A DNA stretch of 64,000 nucleotides, taken from the NCBI RefSeq assembly GCF_009914755.1, contig NC_060926.1. One strand, given 5' to 3'. Under the pieces are notes generated by a model that was not told where the DNA came from, made no database searches, and saw only the letters and a list, made by a program, of their open reading frames with translations. This document shows, in pieces, positions 1 through 13,665 of the stretch. The DNA is from the human T2T-CHM13v2.0 reference genome, Homo sapiens. Position 1 is the stretch's first letter. Each line of letters opens with the position of its first letter. A program made the translations under genes and the position numbers.

Positions 1-609
1 ATAGAAATTCCTGTGTTTCATGGTGTCGGCTATATTGTTCATTCAGATTAATCCTCTCCCTTGAAGGGCTGAAAAAGAGCTAGGGAGGCTATTCCATTAG
101 TAGCAAAATGTTGTAATTCACTGAAATTGCTGTTAACCAAAAATAAGTAATACAACATGCAGTTTGTGTGGGTTGACAAATGAAACAGCCCTTAAAAGGG
201 CTACTTCTTAAATGTTCTCAATTAACTTAATGTAAACAAAATAGACCGATAGGCATTTGAGGATTTCTGGACCCCATTACACCATGTTGTTGATGTCTGG
301 GAAGCTGTGTAGTAAATGTCTTTTGTATCTATCCTTAATGTTTGGAAACTTCCCGCCTTTAAGCTTCATATGACAACTGACCAACAAACACTACGTACTA
401 TGATGTCAATCTTTTTTAGAGACATTCTCATTACTAAAATGAGTGGATACTTGAATGTTTAACTCCTAAAATAATGAGCGGTGAATAAATGAGCAAGTAC
501 ATGCATGCCTTCCAATGTAGAGTCATTTTCATTAAACCCTCTCTCACCAGAGAAGCAGTGGTATGAAATTGGCCTGATTCCTTTCTAAGTGTGTTGTTCT
601 TGTTCACAG

Positions 610-624
610 TTGGACATGATATAG
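610..624 (+). CDS. XRCC5: Terminal coding exon portion of Ku80 (…L-D-M-I-stop)
   Basis: Pyrimidine-rich acceptor TTGTTCTTGTTCACAG ends at 609, then TTG GAC ATG ATA TAG. This matches the known Ku80 C-terminus (…DDLLDMI). 1-609 is the end of the last intron. Confidence 0.93.
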   Translation: MDMI

Positions 625-1708
625 GTCGTGGATGTATGGGGAATCTAAGAGAGCTGCCATCGCTGTGATGCTGGGAGTTCTAACAAAACAAGTTGGATGC
701 GGCCATTCAAGGGGAGCCAAAATCTCAAGAAATTCCCAGCAGGTTACCTGGAGGCGGATCATCTAATTCTCTGTGGAATGAATACACACATATATATTAC
801 AAGGGATAATTTAGACCCCATACAAGTTTATAAAGAGTCATTGTTATTTTCTGGTTGGTGTATTATTTTTTCTGTGGTCTTACTGATCTTTGTATATTAC
901 ATACATGCTTTGAAGTTTCTGGAAAGTAGATCTTTTCTTGACCTAGTATATCAGTGACAGTTGCAGCCCTTGTGATGTGATTAGTGTCTCATGTGGAACC
1001 ATGGCATGGTTATTGATGAGTTTCTTAACCCTTTCCAGAGTCCTCCTTTGCCTGATCCTCCAACAGCTGTCACAACTTGTGTTGAGCAAGCAGTAGCATT
1101 TGCTTCCTCCCAACAAGCAGCTGGGTTAGGAAAACCATGGGTAAGGACGGACTCACTTCTCTTTTTAGTTGAGGCCTTCTAGTTACCACATTACTCTGCC
1201 TCTGTATATAGGTGGTTTTCTTTAAGTGGGGTGGGAAGGGGAGCACAATTTCCCTTCATACTCCTTTTAAGCAGTGAGTTATGGTGGTGGTCTCATGAAG
1301 AAAAGACCTTTTGGCCCAATCTCTGCCATATCAGTGAACCTTTAGAAACTCAAAAACTGAGAAATTTACTACAGTAGTTAGAATTATATCACTTCACTGT
1401 TCTCTACTTGCAAGCCTCAAAGAGAGAAAGTTTCGTTATATTAAAACACTTAGGTAACTTTTCGATCTTTCCCATTTCTACCTAAGTCAGCTTTCATCTT
1501 TGTGGATGGTGTCTCCTTTACTAAATAAGAAAATAACAAAGCCCTTATTCTCTTTTTTTCTTGTCCTCATTCTTGCCTTGAGTTCCAGTTCCTCTTTGGT
1601 GTACAGACTTCTTGGTACCCAGTCACCTCTGTCTTCAGCACCCTCATAAGTCGTCACTAATACACAGTTTTGTACATGTAACATTAAAGGCATAAATGAC
1701 TCATCTCT
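625..1708 (+). other. XRCC5: XRCC5 3' UTR (about 1.1 kb)
   Basis: Repeat-free sequence after the stop. ATTAAA at 1683-1688 is preceded by TGTA motifs (1671, 1677) and followed by U/GU-rich sequence. The end coordinate is approximate. Confidence 0.8.
1683..1688 (+). terminator. XRCC5: Distal polyadenylation signal ATTAAA (a second ATTAAA lies at 1440-1445)
   Basis: Hexamer seen directly, with upstream UGUA elements. Confidence 0.7.
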
Positions 1709-3344
1709 CTGTGAATTGCTGCTAATTATTGTCTGCAAAAGACTTCTTCAGTGCTCTGCTGAGAATTGAACACCCTTATCCATTGATTGAAAATGGATCT
1801 GCAAGATAGAACATCATTCATTTAGCTGAGGAGAGAAAGGAGTGCTTTACTTTGGGCTTCTAGGACATCCTCTCAATACTATACACACTTGCATCAAACT
1901 TGACATACAGGTGCTCATTTAAAGTAACCCCAACAGAGGATGACATATAGTTTCTGGTTAGATAGTTAAAGCCCAGGGGTTGTTTGTGACTTGGACAAAA
2001 CTGAGACATTCTTAGAACCACAGAGAGTGGAAACTTTGATCTCTGAAATCTTCATTATTCTCATCAGATCCTCCCAGCAATATGAATCAGCTCAGTAAGT
2101 ATGGCTCCATCAGCAGCCCCTGTCTTTGGCAGTTTGGGGAATTTCTTTTGGGAAACGTCAGTCTTTTTGTCATGCCAGGAAAAGTTTAAATCAAGTTAGT
2201 CCTTTAGATCTTCTGATACTTTTTGACTTAGTTTGAATGCAGCAGGATTATTTGTGCTTCTCTAACCCTGTTTTACCTAAATCTCAATACCTCAAGGAAG
2301 AAATTAGTTTCACAGGCTAAGGAGAGGAAGAACTAAATGAGTCATGTAATTTCCAAATCCATTTCATACAGGTGAAGTATATGTGCTATGTAGACTTCAT
2401 CAGAGCGTACTGTTTTGAGTAGGGACAGCGTGTTTTGCATGAACACATCACAGTCCCATTTCCGTGAAATGAGATTGGCAGATCTACAGAACTCCCAGGT
2501 GTTCTGCCGAGTGTAGCCCTGGAGGACAGCAAGTGCTGTATTGTCGTCAATCCACCATGGGCTGCTTCTCAGAAGCCCAGTAATCCCACAAATGATAGGC
2601 TTGTCTGTGATTGCAAGTCACTGACTATGGACCCGGTCACCTTTTTCTTCTATGTCACTGAAATTTATTGACTTGAAGAGGAGTCATCCTCTTTGTGACC
2701 CCCCCACCCAAGTCACAACTCAAATGACCATACGCATTTCCAAATGCCCCCTTGAAGGTATGTGCTGCCCCTCATTAAGTACCACTATTTTAAATGTTGG
2801 GTTTTAATCCTTTGCCAGTTAATTTACATATAAGATTTAGAATCTTGGAAAACTATTTGAAAAATCGTGTTGGGATTAGGCAGCATTTTTTTTTCCCGCC
2901 AAGTCCAGGATGGCTTTGAAAATAAATGGACACAGATCTCTCCTGTTTTGATGATGTGCAGTGCTAATGACTGGCTTTGCAGTTAATTTTGATTCAGGCA
3001 ACAGATGTTCCTTTTGGTTCCCTGTCTCCCATGGGCGTCATTTCATGTTGTCCTCTGCCTTCCCCCAGATATTCTAAGTTCAGGACACAAGCTTCTGGCC
3101 CATGCAGAGCAGAGGCCATGAGGGGTCACAGCATGGGTACGGGAGGAAACACTGGGCTAACCCAGATACTGGACTTGAGTCTTGCCTCTGCTGCTTGCTG
3201 CACAGCTTCTGTCATGGTGCTAAACCTGTGACCTGCCTCACAGGCTTAGAGCATGCCCGTAGAAGTACTCTAAACTAAAATGCTTTCCACAAATGAGATG
3301 GTTTCATGAAAACTTCAAATAGAGGGCCTGGGCAGAACATAACC

Positions 3345-3639
<295 letters not shown>

Positions 3640-3846
3640 ACAAAACAACTTTTAAATAGGTCTGCTGCTGTTTTTTTATTTTAACCTTATTTCTTCTAAG
3701 ACCTTGAGTATTCCAGTGCTGTTTTCTTTGTAATGATCTATTGTTATTGGACTTAGGTTTTCTCATCTAGTTATACATAAAAATTAAAGTCTCCATGTGA
3801 TCAAAGGTAAGGGTAGGACCCAGGGTAGGTTTTCTTACTTTTTAAC

Positions 3847-3961
3847 AGGGTGACCATGCATTCCAGCTATGGAGGATGGATTGTTGTCTTAGCATAATTA
3901 ATAGTGCTCTTTTTTGTTCTCAGAATTGTCCTGGTATGGATTATAGATATATGGTCACCCT
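3847..3961. mobile_element. MER94-like hAT miniature DNA transposon
   Basis: Terminal inverted repeats AGGGTGACCAT … ATGGTCACCCT, 115 bp long. Interior resembles the recalled MER94 consensus. Confidence 0.7.
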
Positions 3962-4267
3962 AGGTTTTGATTATATTAAGTTAGTATCACAACCAGGGCC
4001 CAAGGAATGACCATATCCTGCCTTGCCACTCACCCCTCTCCTATTAACTCCCTCCTGGAGCTAAATGCACAAGGAGCAGACAGCAAAATGGAAATCAACA
4101 TACTGCTTTGTATTAGCTTATTTCAGAGATCTTTGGAACAGCTAGGTTGTGGCTCATGGCTTAGGTTTGTCCTCTGCCTCCTACATCCAGATCTTACCAC
4201 CATCTGGCTTCCAAGCCTGAGACAGGGAAGAACGTCTCATTGGGCCTGCTTGGAAAGAGTAGGCCCT

Positions 4268-4623
<356 letters not shown>

Positions 4624-7180
4624 TTAAACAACCTTTTAGGGGTTTTAATGACCCCTAATAAATATAGCTCAGTCTCCAGCCATTTTTCTAAGTCCTCCCT
4701 ATAGCAGGCAGGGGAATATTAGGAGGGTGATGGGGAAATGGGACTTCCCCCATCCCACACTTTTACCCCATATAGGTCAGTTCCCCTGATCAGAAGTAGA
4801 ATTGCTAATCCCTGCTTAGATAGTTGGCTTTCTGCAGTCATTTTGGAAAGGAAAGAAATGCTCCTTTAAACATAACCCAGGACTAGACTTCCTTTCAAGA
4901 GGCATAATGGCATAATGCTTCAAATAGCCACCTGGATGTTAGATACTATTAGGTTTATTAAGTCCAGGTGTCAATAGCATTTAACAGTTATGTGGCCTTC
5001 ACAAGTCCCTTAACCTTTGTAAGCAACAAAATAAATCACTTGCATTTTATCTGTGGGCAGGGTGGCCCAGGAGAGGACAGAAACTTCTCAGCCAAAGGGA
5101 ACTCACAGGAGCTGCTTGAATATGCGAACGGGTACTGCTTGGAGTGTTGAGAAAGCAGCTCCAGACCCAAGCCCTATCCACATCCTCCCATTTTACATTG
5201 CCCAGGGCCACCCACCTTTGCACTGCAGCTTGTGTGGGTAAGGACCCTGGCAGACCTGGAACGGGAGTCTTAGCATGGGTAAGTCTCTGAATTTCTCTAC
5301 GCCCCTCCCTGTTACCTTTTCAGTATGCTGGGAATTATAACAGCTTACAGGGTTATTGTTAAGATTAATGAGCACATACTGCTAACAGCATATATTAATA
5401 GCTTGGTAAAATAGGATGAAAACTAAAATTTATTTTGCAGCAGAATTCCCCTTAGGAACAGATCTAGTTTGTTGGATAAATACGTTGATGAACTACTTCA
5501 GGGATTGCAGTGGCACTGAGATAGGAGAGGAAAGCAGAAGGAAGATGGCACCCTGGGGAAACTTGGTGGTAGGGGAGGTGTTCTGGCTGGTTACTGGCTT
5601 TGGTGTTGATAAAGATTATCTTTAAATAAGGGGAGAGTTTTAGAGATGGAGGTGGGTAAAGACAACAGCGATGGACAGCTGCAGGGGAGGGCAGCTTTAG
5701 GGGCTTGGGGAAGCACAAGTGTCCATAGGCATCCTAGTCTTAAGTTATCCTGTGGGGTTGAGTGAATTTTCATCTCCCCACTGAGTATTCAGTGCAACAT
5801 CCATTTCACTAATGTGCTTGGAGTTGGTATTTTTAGGGGATGCATGTAAGTGCTGTGAATGTGACCGGTTTCAAGGAGGGCAAGGGTGAAAACAGGCTGT
5901 CCAGAGAGAGTCTGGTCATCTCTGGATTATCTTCATGCCTTGCTGTTTAAACCTGAAATCAATCAAATGTAGGCGATAGCAAACTCTGCTCCTCCTTAGG
6001 TTGAACTTCCATGCCTCCACTGTGGCCAAAATCAAGCCTTATATAATTCCCCATTCAGAAATAAGAACAAAAATGAACTCTGTTCTTGAAAATAACTGCA
6101 GATAACAGCTTGGCCAGGAAAGCACAAAAGGTAGCATGTGTGAGACATTTGTCATTGCTCAGAATTTTAAAATTGCATTCCAAGCTGTTGGATTTGAGTT
6201 TAAGTGAGGCCAAACTGGGGCGAGATCAAACACACCATCAAAGAATTACACACATATCCTTGTGGCCACATCGCTTTTGTTGTTTGTTTCAAGGATGCTG
6301 TGTGTGTTACTAGGGTTAAGACTCTTCTCCTTGGCTGAGGGATCTCCTCTGGAGATTTTGAAAACAGGAAACAGATTTCTCTCTCCCTTCTCTGGTAGTC
6401 TTCCTATTCGTGTTAGAAACAGTCTTGCTCAGAGGCAGAGGGTGAATCCCTGGCAGATCTTGACAATCTTATGTAATATGTGCATGACTTTTCTCTATCT
6501 CTGCCATAGTAAGAATACTAGGCTGAAAAATAGGTTCCCTTTCTTAGCAGTTTGTGTTGACAGAAGTTGGCAGATGGTAGGGGTAAAAGGGAGTCTTAGA
6601 GCATTTCTGAAGCCAGATGGTATAATACCCCAGCCCCACCTGGGAATGTCTGATAGGAGCTGGGGGAAAAAAAAAAAAGCAGAATCTCTCCTGAGTCCTT
6701 CCTGTCATTTCTGCAGCTTTAGCAACACCAAGAACTATCTTTGTCAACACTGAATTCCTGTGGCTTGTGTCCTAGAGGAGATGAATAGAATAGAATGTGC
6801 TCACCTCAAGATTAGAGTCTACCTTGTACCAGAAAAAGCTGAGGAATGAGACCCATGCAAAGTAATATAGAAACATAACAATCCACTCCTGATGTTCTTC
6901 TGTGGAAAGAGGGGAGAAATAATCCCAAAGCATTGTATCAAGTGGGCAGAAGTGAGATGGGCAGAGTCTCTTCCTGCCACTGCCTGAGGGAGAGATCTCC
7001 ACTTGCAGAGCATCCGAAGTTGATGAACAGCATGGCAGTTTGAAGAGCCTTCACTTACTGTGGAAACTCAGAGAAATTGCTTTACCCTCACAGACTTCAG
7101 TTTTACCATATGTATGGTAATTGGTATGTTTGAGATTTAAAATCAGTTCATTTAAGTAACACTCCCAATGGAGTAAGTCA

Positions 7181-8079
7181 TGTTAACTTTTTAAAATCAC
7201 AAATCTGTAAGTTTGGAAAAGGAGAGAGGAAACTATTACTTCTTAAGAGTTATAGCCTGTCAGGTTATCTTGCAAGCTGGGAAGCACAGCCTCCTCTAGC
7301 AGAAGCCCAGAGACAGGCACTTCAAAGGAGGAGGGGTTGGCTTGGAGCTTTATGCTGAAAAAGTTGTCTAAATATGCATATTCAGTAGGTTACAGGAAGA
7401 GCTGTGAATGTTCATAAAGTTGGTCCTGATGAATGCATATTAAACAAGTATGTTACATATGACCCATGTTCATCTCACAGAGAAGACTCGACATTTAAAT
7501 ATTACAATCAGGCCCAGTACATCAAAAGGTTTTTCAGGACAGGAAGGCACTCAAGTACGCAATCTCTGTAAACCCACTAGAACCAGTCCATGGTCGGTGG
7601 GCTTCTTAACAGGAGAAAGTTACTGAAATCACTCTCTTGTCCAGTCAAAGCTATAGTTATGGCTGGTAGAGTTCAGTTAGTCAGCATCTGGTAGGGCTGC
7701 AAGTGTTTTATTAGTGTTTATGGTGAGGCCACTGCTTGTTTAGCTGCTAGAGAGAAAGAGAATCCTTGTTGCAGTTAGAACCTAGTTTATTCTTTAAGCG
7801 TAGGGGTGCATAACTTAACCCTTGCCTGGCATGGTAATTTGTTATGTTGCTGCCACAAAGAATCTGTTCTGTCAATCTTAGGATCTCTATTTTAACTTTA
7901 ATGCGGGTCAATTGTCTGTAAACCAGAAAAGGGAGGGGAGTATAACAAGTCGTGTCTAACCTGCTGTCCTGTCATGGCTGGGAACTCCGTTTTTAAGAAT
8001 TTTCTGGGGTCCCCTTGGCCAAGAGGGGGTCCATTCAATCTGTAGGGGAGGAGTCTTAGGATTTTATTTTTAGTTTACA
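7181..8079 (-). mobile_element. 3' LTR (MER4D-like)
   Basis: Minus strand starts TGTAAACTAAAAATAAAATCCTAAG and ends …GTTAACA; adjacent to the PPT. Confidence 0.85.
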
Positions 8080-10112
8080 TTCTCCCCTTTTAGCCAAGAT
8101 GTGCCAGAGGCAACACTGATGACCAAACATTTATTTTGTCTCATGTCACTGCCAGGGTGGTGTGGTTACCTGCCCCATGCTCATTTTGTTCTTTGGTGGG
8201 ATCCCTGTGGCCAAGGGACTTGGAACCAAAAGACTTAAAACTAATTAAACATTGGAGGCCAGATGAAGATGGAGGTTCACAGGCACGCATTAACCCTTAA
8301 AAACCTTTTGAGCAACATAACCAAAAAGCAGTGTTACAAAAGTGACTTGTCTATGAGTTCTGTGTGTTGAGCCATGAGCTGTTTGGTAATCTGTATGCCC
8401 ATCTTTAATTTGGAGGGTCTGAACTAATTTTATCTGTTGAAACTGGCCCTTACAATCTCATGTGCCCACCCCTTCTGTGATAGTCCATGGGCCTACTGGG
8501 AGGGTGCTTGATACTGTATTGCTTTAGCAGTAGTGCCTTGGCAATGGAAAGCAGATTGGCCTAGGGGGATTGAATAGTTTTCAAATTCTAGAGATACTAG
8601 GTAGAGAGAAAGGTAATCTTCAATGTTTTACCCAATTTCTGTAAGCTGTAAATAGTTTAAAAGAAAAAAGGTTTTATTGACTCTGAAAAGCAAAACATGA
8701 AGAATTAGCAATGTTTATTTGATTTTGAGGACATTTGTCAAAGATGTTCAAAGGCTCAAAGCTTTTAATCAAAATGGAATTACAGGTCATTGTAATAGTT
8801 ATTCATTAAACCAAGAGTAATAATCAAAAGACTTTAAATGCAATATGGAAAGTCACATGGATGTAAAAACCTTAACCCTTTTAAAGCTTAGTTTTCCTAA
8901 GTAATAAAAAATCTAATAAAGAAAACATGGGAATTATCTTGATAAAATGTAAAATCTTTGGTTCTTAGGCCAGTTACCAAAAAGGCAAAGAAAAACCTAC
9001 AGTGTGGTTGCTTCTCCTATGAGAAGCCCATTTAGATAACTTGGAAATCAAACTGTAAAAAGTTTACTTGAATTAATCAGACACAAGAAGAGTGTGTCTG
9101 GGGTCATGAATGAACTTTATGTTATAGAGGAAACAGGAAACTAGAAAACTGTACCTTGAGCCGGGGAATACATGACTCTTAATAACAGCATGGGAAGTTT
9201 TCTGGTTATATGGAACAATTCGGATATCAGGAAAAGCCAAGAGTACAGAATCAAGGTATACTGTAGGAAAACATTGCTCTTCGAGACCTTCAAGATAAAA
9301 CATTTTAGCATCAGGCCACAGTGGCAGTTAGAACCAGAGGGAAAAAGTTACAGGAGCTGGCAAAACAGTTGAAGGGAAAAGTTATCATCTCAGGCCTTCT
9401 CAAAGGGGGAGAAAAACAAAGTAGCAAGACGCAGCAAAAGTGGAACTTCCAAGATACTAATCTGAGAAGTTTTCAACAAGAAACAGGTTTAGAATTAAAA
9501 ATCAAAACCTCTTTTAATTGTATTAAGAGTAAATCATATTTTAAGACAACTTTCTTTTAAAACAAGGGACCAAAATTTAGAAAGACTTTTATAAATAATT
9601 TTAATTATAGCCAACTTAATCCCACACAAAATGCTTTTCATAAGTATTCTCTCACAAACCTTATCACAACTTAGACCATCTATAACATGCTTGTACTTTC
9701 TGATTTGTACTAAATTTCCCCTTTCCTTAATAACCAGTCATTTTACTTTAGGACAGAAATTTACCCTGCAAGATACTTTCATATATGAAATTATTCTCTT
9801 TTGAACCTTCCTTACCAAAAATACATCTTCATAGCTAACTTTTTTCACATCTCTCCTACTTACTGGTTTTCTACCTTCTTTCATAACTAACCTTTAAATA
9901 ACATCCAAATTAAATAAAATTATTCTTTTTCTCCATAAGAACACATTTATTTGGCACATTTTATATATAGAATTCTATATTAACTAAAATTCTTACTCTT
10001 AGTAACCTTAAATTTTAGTGAAAACCTAGGAGGCAAGAAATATTGAATTGTCTGTTCTCTATCAGCACTTTAAAGATGAGAATCACGTCACAATTTTTAG
10101 AAACGTGTTTCT

Positions 10113-10162
10113 GGCCAAGCATGGTAGCTCATGTCTGTAATCCCAGCACTTTGGGAGGCTGA
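10113..10162 (+). mobile_element. Alu 5' fragment (50 bp only)
   Basis: GGCCAAGCATGGTAGCTCATGTCTGTAATCCCAGCACTTTGGGAGGCTGAG, then an abrupt switch to MER4 sequence. Confidence 0.9.
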
Positions 10163-12087
10163 GTTTACATTCTCCCCTTTTAGCCAAGATGTGCCAGAGA
10201 TGACATTGGTGACCAAACATTTATTTTTTCCCATATCTTTGCCGGGGTGGTGTGGCTACCTGCTGCAGGTTCATTCTGTTCTTTGGTGGGATCCTTATGG
10301 CCAAGGGACTTGGAGCCAATTAAACATTCTAGGCCAGATGAGGATGGAGGTGAACAGGCACTCATTAACCCTTAAAAACCTTTTGAGCAACAGAAGAGCC
10401 AAAAAGCAAGGTTACAACAGTGACTTACCTGTAAGTTCTATGTGACGAGTCATCAGCTGTTTAGTAACCTGTATGACCTGTTAACCATTTTTGTAGCCTG
10501 TGAATATCAGATGTTCATTTAAGTCAGAACCTTAAACATGTGGATATTTTTGCCAACAACTCAGAAGCTAACAAAACAGCTAACAACTTAGCTGTTTTCA
10601 TTGAACCAACAATATTAAATTAGTCTTATTTGTCAAAAAATTCACACAAAGATCATTCTCTTTTTGACTGGGTTTATAGTCTAATAATCTTTTGTGCCAA
10701 ATCCTGATACCTTAAAACACCTAGCGGAGGCAAATATAAAATAATCAGTAAACCCAGACTAAAAAAAAAATGTATGCTGACAATTCTGAAGACATTTCTA
10801 GTTTTATTTTACCAATAATTTTAAAACCATTTTATTTACCAGATTACTAAGTTCACATGAATCTGAAAAGTATTTGGACTTACTTAGTTTATGAGTATAA
10901 TTTACTTATAAGCCAGTTTGGTACCATGCTAGATACAACACAACATAATACATGTTCATATACAAACATTTAAACACATACACACAAAGATCTTACAGCT
11001 TTTACTCTGGAACCTTAGCCATGAGATGGTAATACAGACTCACCACTTAACAAAAGACAGCTGGATCCAAATTATTTCTGACAAAATTGGGACCTGTTCA
11101 CATGGCTAAACTTTATTTGTCCCAGTAGGTAATCCAATGAAGGCTATGGACCAAAGTCTTGGGAAAAGTAGTTTTCATGGCAGTTTTATTTTTAAAAACC
11201 TTTTACCCCTTTTTTTTTTCCTGAAGTTTCAAATGAGTTTTCAGTGTTTACATTTTAGCTACAATTGGCTGAACTGTAAAGAAAGCTCCAAGTAGCCTTG
11301 AATTAGTAGTATCATAAACAATGAGTTTTATCTTAACAGCAGTAGCTTAATAACAGCAAATTCAAAGCAGGCCGAAAACAAAAAAGAGATAGCTTTAGAA
11401 AACTCTACATTTTAATTGTATAGTTGCAGGTTGGGCATTTGAGCTCTGAATTTTCCTTGCTGTAATTTGCCCGTTCAGTTTTAAAATGTGCACAAGAACA
11501 GGCCACAATATGCAGCTAGCTGAAGTGCTGGAAAACCTGGCATGCCTTTGAACTTCTACAGGAGTTCCTGCCCCTAGTGGGTAAGTTACCTATTGCACTG
11601 ACTTTATGAAGATATCTCTTCCAGTGCCCTTAGTGTGAGCATCCCCACAAACCTTATGAACCAGTTGAATCCAACCTGAATGCCTCTCCATAAGCCCGGA
11701 GCCCACAAATGCATTTTCTCCAGGGCCCTTGGATGGAGGGAATCAGGAAGGCCTCCTCCAAACCCAAGGCTAGGAGAGATGTTCCCTCCGGGGTCCAGGG
11801 AGGAGAACAGAAAGGACTGAGAAGAACTAGGAATGCCCTCCCAAACCCAAGGCCAGCAGGAGGGTCTCCTCCGGAGTTCCACAGATGGAGGAGGCCTAAA
11901 AGAAGAAATCAAGTCTGCAACCTAAAAGTGGGAGATCTTGGATTTTGATAGCACTTACCCAGATCCTTTCCCAGCATAGTCAGGAACAACTGGACTTTTT
12001 CAAAGGGACCTTGGCTGTACCTGGTGTCCTGGGTGACACAGGAAAAGGAATTCAGGGGCTGCTTCAGAATCCCATCTTTGCCAGATA

Positions 12088-13003
12088 CGTTAACTTTAAA
12101 AAAAAAATCATAAGATACAAATTTAGAAAAATGGAGACACTATTTCTTAAGGGTGACAGCCTGCCAGGTGGCCATCCTGCAGGCCAGGAAGCACAGCCTC
12201 CTCCAGCAGAAGCCCAGAGACAGGCACCTCCAAGGAGGAGGGGTTGGGGTAGGAGCTTTATGCTTTTATGCTGAATGGGTTGGCTTAACACATATTCAAC
12301 AGGTTACAGGAGGAGCTATGAATATTAATGAAAGTGGTCCTGATGCATGCATATTAAACATGCATCTTACATATGACACATGTTCACCTTGGGGTGGAGA
12401 CTTAATATTTAAATATTGCAATCAGGCCCTATACATCAAAAGGTCTATTCAGGACATGAAGGCACTCAAGTATGCAATCTCTGTAAACCCGCTAGAACCA
12501 GTCATGGTCGGTGGGCTCCTTACCAGGAGAAAATTACCGAAATCACTCTTGTCCAATCAAAGCTGTAGTTATGGCTGGTGGAGTTCAGTTAGTCAGCATC
12601 TGGTGGAGCTGCAAGTGTTTTAGTATTGTTTATTTAGAGGCCAGTGCTTATTTAGCTGCTAGAGAAAAGGAAAACTTGTGGCAGTTAGAACATAGTTTAT
12701 TCTTTTAAGTGTAGGGCTGCATGATTTAACCCTTGTTTGGCATGGCCTTAGGTCCTGTTTGTAATTTGGTATCTTGTTGCCACAAAGAGTGTGTTTGGTC
12801 AGTCTTATGACCTCTATTTTGACATTAATGCTGGTTGGTTGTGTCTAAACCATAAAAGGGAGGGGAGTATAATGAGGTGTGTCTGACCTCTTGTCCTGTC
12901 ATGGCTGGGAACTCAGTTTCTAAGGTTTTTCTGGGGTCCTCTTTGCCAAGAGCGTTTCTATTCAGTTGGTGGAGGGGACTTAGGATTTTATTTTTAGTTT
13001 GCA
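12088..13003 (-). mobile_element. 5' LTR (MER4D-like)
   Basis: Colinear homologue of 7181-8079; adjacent to the PBS-like motif. Confidence 0.85.
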
Positions 13004-13429
13004 GCCAGGGTCAGTACATTTCAGTCACCCCCGCCCAGCCCTCCTGATCCTCCTGTCATTCCTCACATCCTGTCATTGTCAGAGATTTTACAGATATAGA
13101 GCTGAATCATTTCCTGCCATCTCTTTTAACACACAGGCCTCCCAGATCTTTCTAACCCAGGACCTACTTGGAAAGGCATGCTGGGTCTCTTCCACAGACT
13201 TTAAGCTCTCCCTACACCAGAATTTAGGTGAGTGCTTTGAGGACATGAAGCTATTCCTCCCACCACCAGTAGCCTTGGGCTGGCCCACGCCAACTGTGGA
13301 GCTGGAGCGGGAGGGAGGAGTACAGACATGGAATTTTAATTCTGTAATCCAGGGCTTCAGTTATGTACAACATCCATGCCATTTGATGATTCCACCACTC
13401 CTTTTCCATCTCCCAGAAGCCTGCTTTTT

Positions 13430-13665
13430 AATGCCCGCTTAATATTATCAGAGCCGAGCCTGGAATCAAACTGCCTCTTTCAAAACCTGCCACTATATCC
13501 TGGCTTTGTGACCTCAGCCAAGTTGCTTGACTATTCTCAGTCTCAGTTTCTGCACCTGTCAAATAGGGTTTATGTTAACCTAACTTTCAGGGCTGTCAGG
13601 ATTAAATGAGCATGAACCACATAAAATGTTTGGTGTATAGTAAGTGTACAGTAAATACTTCCATT
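13430..13665 (+). mobile_element. MIR
   Basis: MIR core TGTGACCTCAGCCAAGTTGCTTGAC…CTCAGTTTCTGCACCTGTCAAATAGGG…AGGATTAAATGAG. Confidence 0.75.

Larger units (their letters stand above)
7181..13003 (-). mobile_element. MER4-group (ERV1) non-autonomous provirus with two MER4D-like LTRs and about 4 kb internal region
   Basis: Two homologous ~900 bp LTRs (7181-8079, 12088-13003). Polypurine tract (plus-strand TTCTCCCCTTTT) at 8080-8091. PBS-like TGGCAAAGATGGGATTC on - next to 12087. 4-bp TSD GTCA/GCCA. No intact gag/pol/env ORF. Confidence 0.88.

Noticed and set aside
11568-11581. CTCF-like CCACTAGGGGCAG on -
   Set aside because: One base short of the core consensus spacing; not supportable without ChIP data.
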